Both the position numbers and the translations under genes were made by a program. From NCBI GenBank assembly GCA_002269645.1, contig NIVC01002313.1, positions 1-64,000 of the forward strand: a stretch of DNA of 64,000 nucleotides, written 5' to 3'. Source of the DNA: Macrostomum lignano. Lineage: Eukaryota. Under the pieces are notes generated by a model. That model was not told the DNA's origin and did no database searches. It was given only the letters and a program-made list of their open reading frames with translations. Shown piece by piece: positions 1 through 10,692 of the stretch. Numbering within the stretch: the first letter of the stretch is position 1; the number at the start of each line of letters is the position of its first letter.

Positions 1-106
1 GTTTAATTATGTTTAATTAATCCTTTTGCTAATTCACTCCAATAATATGCTACTGGAAGCGAGTCTTTTAGTTAACTCCGAGAGCATGTTTCCTAACTCT
101 AATTTA

Positions 107-352
107 TGCACTAATCCAATCCCTAATCCGCATCTACTCTGCTAATCCAATCCTTAATCCTAATCTACTCTGCTAATCCAGTTCCCAATCCTTATCTACT
201 CTGCTAATCCAGTTCCCAATCCTAATCTACTCTGCTAATCCAGTTCCAATCCTAATCTACTCTGCTAATCCAGTTCCCAATCCTAATCTACTCTGCTAAT
301 CCAGTTCCCAATCCTAATCTACTCTGCTAATCCAATCCCTAATCGAATCTAC
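107..352. repeat. About 30-bp tandem repeat (TCCTAATCTACTCTGCTAATCCAGTTCCCAA)
   Basis: About 8 visible copies, CCCTAA-like hexamers. Confidence 0.85.
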
Positions 353-371
353 TCTCCACTACTTCCTAAAG

Positions 372-552
372 GAAGCCTCCTCCAAGCGCATCGGTGTCTG
401 TCTTTCTGCTTCTAGCAGCAATCCGCGGTGCCGCTTTCGCCAAACTGCGCCCTGAGCAGCGGACTCGAATGCTCGACGCTGTTGTTCCGCTGCTCAGCGA
501 CCGAGGCTACGCGGACTTTGGAGCCTGCGCTCTGGCTGGCGCTATTGAACAG
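372..552 (+). CDS. MYBBP1A: MYBBP1A/Pol5-like, first visible exon (gene continues 5' of the window)
   Basis: Reads KPPPSASVSVFLLLAAIRGAAFAKLRPEQRTRMLDAVVPLLSDRGYADFGACALAGAIEQ. Donor CAG|gtgtga at 553, phase 0 into the next exon. Acceptor cttcctaaag| at 371 is the best guess; 416 and 419 are alternatives. Confidence 0.6.
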
Positions 553-679
553 GTGTGAGGGCTGACTTTGATAGCAAACCTAATACATATAATATCTGTG
601 ACATTCCATTGCTTTAAAATGTCACGATCCCTCAGTCAAGCCCTGTTAATAATAGATATTTTAAACCACACTTGGATCC

Positions 680-1620
680 TATATTTTAGAAATCTCCCCG
701 TTCAGATTCCATAATCTCCCCTTTCAGGTCCCAAATTTAAGAAATTAAGAATCCCCCTTCAGATCCCATATTTTAGACATCTCCCCCTTTCAGATCCATA
801 TTTTAGACATCTCCCCCTTTCAGATCCCATATTTTAGAAATTTCCCTTTCAGATTCCATATTTTGCTAAAATCGATCACACACACATTTACCGACAGACC
901 ATTTTTAGTATATGGATTTAGAAATTTCACCTTTCAGATCCCATATTTTAGTAATTTCCCCTTTCAGATCCCATATTTTAGAAATTTCACCTTTCAGATC
1001 CCATATCTTAGAAATCTCCCCTTTCAGATCCCATATCTTAGAAATCTCCCCTTTCAGATCCCATATCTTAGAAATCTCCCTTTAGGATCCCATATCTTAG
1101 AAATCTCCCCTTTAGGATCCCATATCTTAGAAATCTCCCCTTTAGGATCCCATATCTTAGAAATCTCCCCTTTAGGATCCCATATCTTAGAAATCTCCCT
1201 TTCAGATCCCATATCTTAGAAATCTCCCCTTTCAGATCCCATATCTTAGAAATCTCCCCTTTAGGATCCCATATCTTAGAAATCTCCTCTTTGGCTTTAA
1301 GATCCCATATCTTAGAAATCTCCCCTTTAGGATCCCATATCTTAGAAATCTCCCCTTTCAGATCCCATATCTTAGAAATCTCCCCTTTAGGATCCATATC
1401 TTAGAAATCTCCCCTTTGGCTTTAAGATCCCATATCTTAGAAATCTCCTCTTTGGCTTTAAGATCCCATATCTTAGAAATCTCCCCTTTGGCTTTAGGAT
1501 CCCATATCTTAGAAATCTCCCCTTTCAGATCCCATATCTTAGAAATCTCCCCTTTCAGATCGCATATATTTTATAAAGTTCCCCTCAGATCCTATATTTA
1601 AGAAATCTCTTCTCAGATCC
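680..1620. repeat. About 30-bp minisatellite (GATCCCATATCTTAGAAATCTCCCCTTTCA)
   Basis: About 30 copies filling the MYBBP1A intron 553-1716. Confidence 0.95.
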
Positions 1621-1716
1621 CATAAATTTCTCCTCTCTGACCCCGACCTCAGAAGTCATATTTAAATGACATTCCTAACTCAGTATAATTGGTTTTCCCT
1701 TCTCCCTCATCTGCAG

Positions 1717-1839
1717 CTTCCGCCAGATGAATTCAGTTCGAATCTATTTAAAAAATTATCCGACAAACTGACCAGCGGTTGGGACGCCTTGGATGCCAAC
1801 GGGCTGCTATTGATACTCTGCTGTCATCAGCATCAGAAG
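1717..1839 (+). CDS. MYBBP1A: MYBBP1A exon
   Basis: ctgcag|LPPDEFSSNLFKKLSDKLTSGWDALDANGLLLILCCHQHQK|gtctgt; 123 nt, phase 0-0. Confidence 0.75.
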
Positions 1840-1935
1840 GTCTGTTTAATTATTGTAAAATTGATCCATTTTTCCAATTTAAAAAAAATTATTCAAATTT
1901 ATGTTTTTATTTTTGTTTCAAACCTTATTTTGCAG

Positions 1936-2028
1936 GACTCAGTTAGCCGGGCCTACATCAAATCTCATTACGCAACTAAGCATCTGATTGGCCAGGCTAA
2001 CTTTGAGCATTTCAAGCGAATCTGTTTG
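1936..2028 (+). CDS. MYBBP1A: MYBBP1A exon
   Basis: ttttgcag|DSVSRAYIKSHYATKHLIGQANFEHFKRICL|gtaaat; 93 nt, phase 0-0. Confidence 0.75.
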
Positions 2029-2427
2029 GTAAATGCTGTATAAGTCATTTTGTTTGAATTTGAATAACGAGTTGAAAAATTGGGTATTGCGGAATAAGTG
2101 GGATTAAGAAATTGAGGGTTAAAATGAATCAGAATTGAGGTATTTGCGCAGGGGGAGTAGGGGAAGTTTTTGGAGGATAAGGAAATTATTTGACTATAGG
2201 GAATTTTTTGGAGGGTCAAGGGATTATTTGAGTATAGGGGATTTTTTTAGGAGGGTAGGGGAATTATTCTGAGGGTAGGGGAACTACGAGAATTTTTTTC
2301 GATAATGAAGAGAATTGGTTTTTTAGTTTAGAGAGAACTTGCATAAGGATTCTGGGGATGGCTGGAAAGCAGGCGAGTCTGTTTAGAGGCTTAGTAGGCT
2401 AAGTACAAATCCTGCTAACCTCTGCAG

Positions 2428-2939
2428 TCAACGGCCGACGAATCCCACGAGACGCTGAGCGGCTGCCGTCTCCACCCGGGCATTGAGCGCCTTCTCGACT
2501 CTCTGCTAGCCAAATCGCAAAGCCTACTATCGGAATTCGCTTCCACAGTTGCCATAGCAACCGTTGCTAACGTGGAATCGTCGGCCAGTCGCAAAGCCCT
2601 CGGCCTGGCCATGCTGAGCTGGATTGCCGACTGTCCGGCCGAGAGATTCGAGTCCAAGCCCGACTGCCTGACCGACTGCTTGGCCAGCGATGAGGTTTGC
2701 CGTCAGCTCCGCAGTCACGCATCAAGCAGGAAGTCTTTGTTGCATTCGTTTGCTTGCCGTCTGCTTAGTAAGCAGCTTCTGCCCGGTTCGGCTAGCGACG
2801 AGTCTGTTCTGATAGCCGTTGCTAAGCGGTTGCTAGGCTGCGATTGTCTGTTCGATGACGGCCTGCCCGTTGAGTGTCGGGTGTTGCGCGCCGACACGAT
2901 GGCTCGGCTGCCAGTTGAAGTGCTGGACAGTTGCGCCAG
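2428..2939 (+). CDS. MYBBP1A: MYBBP1A exon
   Basis: ctctgcag|STADESHETLSGCRLHPG...VLDSCA AG|gttagc; open frame (includes ORF 2572+), phase 0-2. Confidence 0.75.
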
Positions 2940-3021
2940 GTTAGCCGGGGGTGGTTCTTTTCGGGGAGGGGGTCTCGCCTTCAAAATTATTTGTACTTTT
3001 ATATTGTGATTGTCAGGACTT

Positions 3022-3380
3022 GTGATAATTGTCACTCTTCACTGTTGGAGCATCCAGTGTGAGACAGTGAATCAGGTGATAATTGTCACTGATCACAGTC
3101 AGCTGTGTGAGCATGCAGTGTGACAGTGAGTCAGGTGATAATTGTCACTGATAACAGTCAGCTGTGTGAGCATGCAGTGTGTGACAGTGAGTCAGGTGAT
3201 AATTGTCACTGATCACAGTCAGCTGTGTGAGCATGCAGTGTGTGACAGTGAGTCAGGTGATAATTGTCACTGATCACAGTCAGCTGTGTGAGCATGCAGT
3301 GTGTGACAGTGAGTCAGGTGATAATTGTCACTGATCACAGTCAGCTGTGTGAGCATGCAGTGTGTGACAGTGAGTCAGGT
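3022..3380. repeat. 61-bp minisatellite
   Basis: About 6 copies; register shifts 1 nt per 60-nt line. Confidence 0.95.
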
Positions 3381-3399
3381 CACCTTCGCCATCCCGCAG

Positions 3400-3965
3400 T
3401 CAAATCGAGGCTGAGTTGGGCTCCATCGATTTCTCCAAGCAGCAGCCGGAAGACTCGGCCGGTTCTCGGCGCCGTCGAATCGCCTTCGGCTTGCAGACCC
3501 TTCGCCAGCTGGTGGCTGGCAGCAGGACTCTGCTTGCTGGCAAATCGAAGTCCTGCTCTAGGATTCTTCTACGCCTAGCCGACCTGTTCCTGTTGCCTAG
3601 CAACAACGCCGTATCGTTGTCCGTTGCTACGGACGCTCGTTCGGCATTTTGTCGCGCCCTCGACTCGATGTCGTCTGCGGCGCTGTCGGGCGGGGCGCCT
3701 ACAGGCGAGGCTACAGGCGCTGCTTGCGCTACCTGGCGCAGGGTCTGATTGACAGGTTGAGTACCATCAGCTCGAAAAAGTCAGCAGTTCATCGAGCTTT
3801 GAGTCTGGGACTGGAGCTGCTTCAGGCGACTTCCGCCTCCGCTGCTGGAGACGATGAGGCGGAGGGCGCCGCGGGCTCTTGCGGCGGAATCGACTGGTGC
3901 TTTGCTATCGCCTGTCTGCATCTGGGATTTCACCTGCTGCCGGGAGGCGCGGATGTGGCTACAGG
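3400..3965 (+). CDS. MYBBP1A: MYBBP1A exon containing a -1 frame discontinuity near 3670-3716
   Basis: cccgcag|T (phase 2) then QIEAELGSIDF...ARSAFCRALDSM in one frame. RCLRYLAQG...FAIACLHLGFHLLPGG...GG|gtaaag follows in another frame. The second part resembles MYBBP1A 'AFQHLLLLVGIHLL'. Confidence 0.65.
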
Positions 3966-4049
3966 GTAAAGCTTTTTATCTGGTTTATTGATGGGATTGG
4001 CATATTTATTTGTGCTGCAGATTATCTGATTGGCTGTCAGTTAAAGAAT

Positions 4050-4240
4050 GGGAGGTCGCCACACACACCCTCAATTATTAACCCAGCTAATGCTGGCACC
4101 CATTTTATAGCTTAGTGAACTGAAGCAATGCAGAGTTGAGTGTCTTGCTTAAAGACACAAATTGTTCCAGTGGGATCGGGAATCAAACCCCTGACCTTTC
4201 AGTCGCGAGTCCGACGCTCTGACCACTAGGCTACAGCCTC
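4050..4240 (-). mobile_element. tRNA-derived SINE-like element
   Basis: On -: GCTG TAGCCTAGTGG (box A, 4233-4223) ... GGTTTGATTCC (box B, 4189-4179), then TGTGTCTTTAAGCAAGACACTCAAC...TATAAAATGGGTGCC, resembling conserved central domains of metazoan tRNA-SINEs. The 3' limit is approximate. Confidence 0.7.
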
Positions 4241-4247
4241 ATTAAGC

Positions 4248-4546
4248 TAAGCACTGAAGCACTCTGATTGGTCAGTTAGTTTAAGCACTGAAGCACTCTG
4301 ATTGGTCAGTTAGTTTAAGCACTGAAGCACTCTGATTGGTCAGTTAGTTTAAGCACTGAAGCACTCTGATTGGTCAGTTAGTTTAAGCACTGAAGCACTC
4401 TGATTGGTCAGTTAGTTTAAGCACTGAAGCACTCTGATTGGTCAGTTAGTTTAAGCACTGAAGCACTCTGATTGGTCAGTTAGTTTAAGCACTGAAGCAC
4501 TCTGATTGGTCAGTTAGTTTAAGCACTGAAGCACTCTGATTGGTCA
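4248..4546. repeat. 34-bp minisatellite (AAGCACTGAAGCACTCTGATTGGTCAGTTAGTTT)
   Basis: About 9 identical copies between the SINE head and the acceptor at 4580. Confidence 0.95.
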
Positions 4547-4580
4547 AAAAACATAATGACTCTCCATTGTATTCCTTCAG

Positions 4581-5007
4581 CAGCTCAGATGCTGGCCGCA
4601 ACCCACCAAGCCAAGATGAAGCCGGAGTTGACGAGGCCTCCGCCCAGGCGCTCATCGACGATATCAGCGAATGTCGTCGACGAAGCGTCGAAGGCAAAGA
4701 GAAAGTCGGCGGCCAGCCGCAGTGGGCAGACGTGCTGCTGGACAGTTTTGTCGGCCTCTTAGCCTCGTCGCGTAGTCGGCTACTTCGCTCGGTTGCTAGC
4801 CTGGTTGCTAGGCAAGTCGCGGCCCTGGTTACGCCGGAGGGAGTGGCCTCTCTGACTCAGCTACTGTTGGAAGGCGACGACGAATCGGAGGCGAATGGCG
4901 AAGGCGACAATGATGCACAAAGCGAGGAGTCTGGAAGCCAGCAGGATGAAGCCGAGGATGAAGAAGATGGCGATAGCGACCAGGAGTCTGAGATTTCATT
5001 TGGCGAG
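4581..5007 (+). CDS. MYBBP1A: MYBBP1A exon (QWADVLLD motif and acidic region)
   Basis: ccttcag|C SSDAG...LIDDISEC...QPQWADVLLDSFVGLLASSRSRLLRSVASLVARQVAALVTPEGV plus acidic tract; matches MYBBP1A 'PPWVEVLVEILLALLAQPSHLMRQV'. Donor GAG|gtaatt. Confidence 0.9.
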
Positions 5008-5076
5008 GTAATTCGACGTGTTATATTTTATTTATTTAAGTCCGATTTTCAGTTGTGTTTATTCTTAATTATTCAG

Positions 5077-5223
5077 GCATCTGACTCCGACACCAATGCC
5101 GTTGATCCCGACTTCCGGCGGGCCTGCAAGTCCGCTCTGGGTGACGCCGCCTGCCCGTCCGACGCCGAGGCCGATGTTGACCCGTCGGATCTGTCCGACT
5201 CCGCTATGGAGCGCGTGGACCAG
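5077..5223 (+). CDS. MYBBP1A: MYBBP1A exon
   Basis: attcag|ASDSDTNAVDPDFRRACKSALG...DLSDSAMERVDQ|gtgaga; matches MYBBP1A 'DVDQGFREQL...LGDEAMMALDQ'. Confidence 0.9.
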
Positions 5224-5241
5224 GTGAGACTGGCCTGTTCT

Positions 5242-7090
5242 GATCCTCAGTTGCTGGGTCACCAGCTTCCCAGATCTTCAGTTGCTGGGTCACCAGCTTC
5301 CCAGATCCTCAGTTGCTGGGTCACCAGCTTCCCAGATCCTCAGTTGCTGGGCCAGCCTCCCAGATCCTCAATTGCTGGGCCAGCCTCCCAGATCCTCAGT
5401 TGCTGGGCCAGCTTCCCAGAGTGTCAGTTGCTGGGCCAGCTTCCCAGATCCTCAGTTGATGGGCCGGTCTCCCAGATCTTCAGTTGCTGGGCCAGCCTCC
5501 CAGATCCTCAGTTGCTGGGCTAGCATCCCAGATCCCCAGTTGCTGGGCCAGCCTCTTAGATCCTCAGTTGCTGGGCCAGCCTCCCAGATCCTCAGTTGCT
5601 GGGCCAGCTTCCCAGATCCCCAGTTGCTGGGCTAGCATCCCAGATCCTCAGTTGCTGGGCCAGCCTCCCAGATCTCCAGTTGCTGGGCCAGTTTCCAAGA
5701 TCCTCAGTTGCTGGGCCAGCTTCCAAGATCCTCAGTTGCTGGGCCAGCTTCCCAGATCCCCAGTTGCTGGGCCAGCTTCCAAGATCTTCAGTTGCTGGGT
5801 CACCAGCCTCCCAGATCCCCAGTTGCTGGGCCAGCCTCCCAGATCTCAGTTGCTGGGCCAGCCTCCCAGATCTTCAGTTGCTGGGCCAGTCTCCCAGATC
5901 TTCAGTTGCTGGGCCAGCCTCCCAGATCCTCAGTTGCTAGGCCAGCCTCCCAGATCCTCAGTTGCTAGGCCAGCCTCCCAGATCCTCAGTTGCTGGGCTA
6001 GCATCCCAGATCCCCAGTTGCTGGGCCAGCCTCTTAGATCCTCAGTTGCTGGGCCAGCCTCCCAGATCCTCAGTTGCTGGGCCAGCTTCCCAGATCCCCA
6101 GTTGCTGGGCTAGCATCCCAGATCCTCAGTTGCTGGGCCAGCCTCCCAGATCTCCAGTTGCTGGGCCAGTTTCCAAGATCCTCAGTTGCTGGGCCAGCTT
6201 CCAAGATCCTCAGTTGCTGGGCCAGCTTCCCAGATCCCCAGTTGCTGGGCCAGCTTCCAAGATCTTCAGTTGCTGGGTCACCAGCCTCCCAGATCCCCAG
6301 TTGCTGGGCCAGCCTCCCAGATCTCAGTTGCTGGGCCAGCCTCCCAGATCTTCAGTTGCTGGGCCAGTCTCCCAGATCTTCAGTTGCTGGGCCAGCCTCC
6401 CAGATCCTCAGTTGCTAGGCCAGCCTCCCAGATCCTCAGTTGCTAGGCCAGCCTCCCAGATCCTCAGTTGCTGGGCTAGCATCCCAGATCCCCAGTTGCT
6501 GGGCCAGCCTCTTAGATCCTCAGTTGCTGGGCCAGCCTCCCAGATCCTCAGTTGCTGGGCCAGCTTCCCAGATCCCAGTTGCTGGGCCAGCCTCCCAGAT
6601 CTCCAGTTGCTGGGCCAGCTTCCCAGATCCCCAGTTGCTGGGCCAGCTTCCCAGATCCCCAGTTGCTGGGCCAGCCTCCCAGATCCTCAGTTGCTGGGCC
6701 AGCTTCCAAGATCTTCAGTTGCTGGGTCACCAGCCTCCCAGATCCCCAGTTGCTGCACAGCCTCCCAGATCTCAGTTGCTGGGCCAGCCTCCCAGATCTT
6801 CAGTTGCTGGGCCAGCCTCCCAGATCTTCAGTTGCTGGGCCAGCCTCCCAGATCCTCAGTTGCTAGGCCAGCCTCCCAGATCCTCAGTTGCTAGGCCAGC
6901 CTCCCAGATCCTCAGTTGCTGGGCCAGCCTCCCAGATCTTCAGTTGCTGGGCCAGTCTCCCAGATCTTCAGTTGCTGGGCCAGCCTCCCAGATCCTCAGT
7001 TGCTAGGCCAGCCTCCCAGATCCTCAGTTGCTAGGCCAGCCTCCCAGATCCTCAGTTGCTAGGCCAGCCTCCCAGATCCTCAGTTGCTGG
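5242..7090. repeat. 28-bp satellite (GTTGCTGGGCCAGCCTCCCAGATCCTCA) with a 478-bp higher-order repeat
   Basis: About 65 copies filling intron 5224-7146. Confidence 0.97.
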
Positions 7091-7146
7091 GCGATGCTTA
7101 AGCTCCTTACTTATTGAAGCTCAAACACCCCCCCCCACATTCCCAG

Positions 7147-7581
7147 GTGCTGTCCCTGGCCTTTCGCAGCCAGCTCGGCCCCGGTCGTCGACGCGGCGAT
7201 CGCGCCGCCGTCCTCGAGCGTCGCCGACGCCGCTGTCAAGCGAAGCTCCGCCTGCTGGACTTGGCGGAGCCGCTGCTGCTGGCTGGCGGTGTTCGCTGCC
7301 GCCTGTCGCTGGCGGCCTGTTTAACTCGGCTGGCCCTGCTGGCTGCTGGAGGCGGCGGCGGCGGTGGTTTCTGGTCCGCTGCACCAGCCGGCGAGCGAGA
7401 GCAGCTGCGTCAGCGGTCTCTGAACCTGTTGAAACGGGCGGCCACGTCAGAGCAGCAGCAAAAGACCTGCAGCGGGGAGGGAGCTGCTGCTGATTCGGCT
7501 GTTGAGGACGAGTTGGCCAAGGCGGTCGAGACTGCGCTGGCGGCCAATTTGAAAAGTCCGCTGCCAGCTAAACTGGCCGAG
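7147..7581 (+). CDS. MYBBP1A: MYBBP1A exon
   Basis: ttcccag|VLSLAFRSQLG...CQAKLRLLDLAEPLL...KLAE|gtagat; resembles 'RDFQIRVLDLVEVL'; phase 0-0. Confidence 0.85.
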
Positions 7582-7745
7582 GTAGATCTGTCGTTATATG
7601 ATTAAAACGGCCCTTTTTCGGGCACAAAAAATGTACTAAATGAACAGCGGTTGGTTGAGAAAAAGGCAAATTTAAATGTTTTTGGTGCCATTGGTGTACA
7701 GAACAGACAGGCAGACGTTTGATTGACAACAATTTAAGTTTTATG

Positions 7746-7980
7746 TTTAGGTTAGGGCTTGGATTTAGGTTTGAGTTTAGGTTAGGGCTTGGATTTAGGT
7801 TTGAGTTTAGGTTAGGGCTTGGATTTAGGTTTGAGTTTAGGTTAGGGCTTGAATTTAGGTTTGAGTTTAGGTCAGGGCTTGGATTTAGGTTTGAGTTTAG
7901 GTTAGGGCTTGAATTTAGGTTTGAGTTTAGGTCAGGGCTTGGATTTAGGTTTGAGTTTAGGTTAGGGCTTGGACTTAGGT
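7746..7980. repeat. 30-bp telomere-like repeat (TTAGGGCTTGGATTTAGGTTTGAGTTTAGG)
   Basis: About 8 copies; each unit is five degenerate TTAGGG hexamers. Confidence 0.9.
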
Positions 7981-8168
7981 TTAAATTATGGTTTAGATTT
8001 AGGTTATGATCTGGGTTTTGGTTTGATTTTGGGTGTAGACTTTTAGTTTTAAGTTTATGTTATGCAGTGAATCTATCTACAGTCAAGTGTCATGAACCCA
8101 TACTGATAGCTTTGACTAACTCTCAAAAGTCTCAACACTTCGTCATCAAACTCTCCCTTACTCCACAG

Positions 8169-8885
8169 ACTGCAGCGGCCGCTCTCTCCGCTTTGCTCCG
8201 CATCCGGCCAGGCTCTGTTGAGTCGCGTCTCTCTGACGCTCTCTCGCATCAGCTGTCGCCGCCTGCTCAGCAGCAGCAGCGGTTTCGTCTGGGCGGCCTG
8301 GCACTGTGGCAGCGGGTCTGCTCTGAGCGGCCCAGCCTCCTGTCTGGCCTGCGCTCTCGCCTGCTCGACCTGCTGCTCGACCCGCAGTTGAAATCGCACG
8401 ATCTGGCCTCTGTGATCAGCCTGGCTGTCTGCCTGGTGAAAAACAGCCTCAAAACTGAGAGCCACGAGGCAGATTTCAATGCCCGACTGTTCGAGTGGAC
8501 TTTTGAAAGATTGTCTACGGAGACGGGACCGAATGGCGTGACCTCGGCGCACCTGCTGGCGGCGCTGCTCCAGCTGGCTGCTGCTCTGCTTCGGCAAAGC
8601 CGTTTATCGCACCAGCCGAAGCAGCAGGCGGGTATTCCAACAGCTGCAACCAGAGTTCAGCTGGCTGATCAACTGCGACAAATCCGGTCTGGCACAAAGA
8701 GTCTGGATCTGCGGCGCGGCCTGCAGGCGTGCCTGGCTGAACTTGCTGCCACTGCCAGCAACTCCAGAAACAAAAAGAAGAAACGAGCATTGGAAACTGA
8801 AGCTAGTGCGACTGTTGAAGAAAATTCTAAAAAGCGACGTCAAGTTGCTGCTAAGTCCGAGGACCAGCTGATGGAGACTGAATGA
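8169..8885 (+). CDS. MYBBP1A: MYBBP1A terminal exon with basic NLS/NoLS-like tail
   Basis: ctccacag|TAAAALSALLR...RNKKKKRALET...KKRRQ...METE TGA; phase 0; AATAAA follows. Confidence 0.85.
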   Translation, partial: TAAAALSALLRIRPGSVESRLSDALSHQLSPPAQQQQRFRLGGLALWQRVCSERPSLLSGLRSRLLDLLLDPQLKSHDLASVISLAVCLVKNSLKTESHEADFNARLFEWTFERLSTETGPNGVTSAHLLAALLQLAAALLRQSRLSHQPKQQAGIPTAATRVQLADQLRQIRSGTKSLDLRRGLQACLAELAATASNSRNKKKKRALETEASATVEENSKKRRQVAAKSEDQLMETE

Positions 8886-8955
8886 TTGAACGACTGTTAA
8901 TGGCATTTCCATCTCTGTGAATTAATTTATCGCGCTGTCAATTTAAACAGCTTTC

Positions 8956-8961
8956 AATAAA
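8956..8961 (+). terminator. Polyadenylation signal (AATAAA) of MYBBP1A
   Basis: Canonical hexamer about 70 nt after the stop codon. Confidence 0.6.
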
Positions 8962-10429
8962 ATCAACTGCTGTAACTTGTTGGAAGTTGTTGTCTTTTAT
9001 TCAGGAAATGCCACTTCTCTTGTCTTTATGGTTGTTTCATTTATTGGTAGATAAAGGCAGAGAGATGGGTGGAGCGTTGCTGGGTTGTTTTCCTGGCAAT
9101 TTGTTTGGAACGAGAAATAAATAACCATTTTATATAAATATAAAAATATATTTATTATTATATATGTCTTTTCATAAAGATACGCTCGTAGTAACCATTT
9201 GCGTGCAGTTGAGCCCATTCAAATGCCGCCAAAACAGTCAGCTGTCAAGTTTGTTTATAGAAAACGAAAAGTAGTCAATGGTAGTGTTTGGGGACACAAC
9301 ACAGGTAAAATAGGAGAGAAGCGAATCTAGACGACTCTAAAACGACGAGATGTCACTGTATAGGTTGTCAGAGTCGCCTGAGAGCCTCGTGTAGCCCTTC
9401 CCCATCGCATTCATATAGTCGTTTGAGTCGTTAAAAGTCACAATGGCTTTTGCGTGACATCGACGAAAAGATTTTTGACAATGACTTCTAAAAAAGGGGG
9501 CCTACATAAGCCCCCAATTGACTCTCCGTTCTTTCTATTAGATAAAGGTTCTTAACCCTTAGACTTAAACTTTAATCTATAGTTAGTAAAATCCAAAGTA
9601 CAATTAAAACTTTGATACGAGCAGTTGCGACATAGCATCCGCGCATCAACATTTATATCGATCCTCGTAGTATTGAATATTTATTATTAACAGCTGAAGG
9701 TTGCGCGCAAATTAGAATCACTTTTCGAAAGCGGGGGGCATGGCAAGGCGGAGGGTTTAGCTAACAAGTGAAATAATTGTTAATTAATACACACCATATT
9801 GCTTTAGCATAATTAGCGAATTTGCACAAAACCAATTTTTTCATTCTATTATAACTGAAAAGATAAACAAGCACATAACTCGTAGATCCAACATTTTGTA
9901 CAGCTAAATCCGATAGTCAAAGGGTCCAAAAGCAACAGACATGTTGAGAAAAACAGCCATTCATATTTTTACAGACTTTATAATGAACAGACTTGATTTG
10001 AAATTGTTTACAAGTACATGCATGATATTTAAATTATAGTGTTGAAAACTATTTTCATAATTCAAAATCTATTGTTGGAAATCAGGAACAGAAGAACATC
10101 GAGAACTTGTGTTTTTGCAGGTTTTCAGTCAAAAATAGGTGACACCTGTGTCTGCAGTGGCTGTACACATGTGTGCTTACAGAATTGTTGGAACTTGGAA
10201 CCCACTGCATAATGTATTATTAGTTTAGCTTATACATGCATTGGGTCAAAGTTTGTATTAAAAATCATATTGTGAATTGATGAGAATGAACAAAATAGAA
10301 GACTATAAAATATAAACTCAATACAAAGAACTGCAAATCAGAACTCTAAAAAACTGTGTTTTAAAGTTAGATAGTTTCTTCATTGTTCACAATACTTAAA
10401 GCATCAAATTAGTATCATCATACATGTGC

Positions 10430-10680
10430 TCACACCTGTGTCTGTGGCTATAAACGGTCACACACCTGTGCCTGTGGCTATAAACTGTCAGCACACCTGT
10501 GCTCACACCTGTGCCTGTGGCTTTAAACTGTCAGCACACCTGTGCTCACAGCTGTGCCTGTGGCCATAAACTGTCAGCACACCTGTGCTCACACCTGTGC
10601 CTGTGGCTATAAACTGTCAGCACACCTGTGCTCACACCTGTGCCTGTGGCTATAAACTTTCAGCACACCCCCTGTGCTCA
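10430..10680. repeat. 43-bp tandem repeat in the UNC5 3' UTR
   Basis: About 6 copies of CACACCTGTGCTCACACCTGTGCCTGTGGCTATAAACTGTCAG, just past the stop codon. Confidence 0.9.
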
Positions 10681-10692
10681 GATCTGTGTCAG

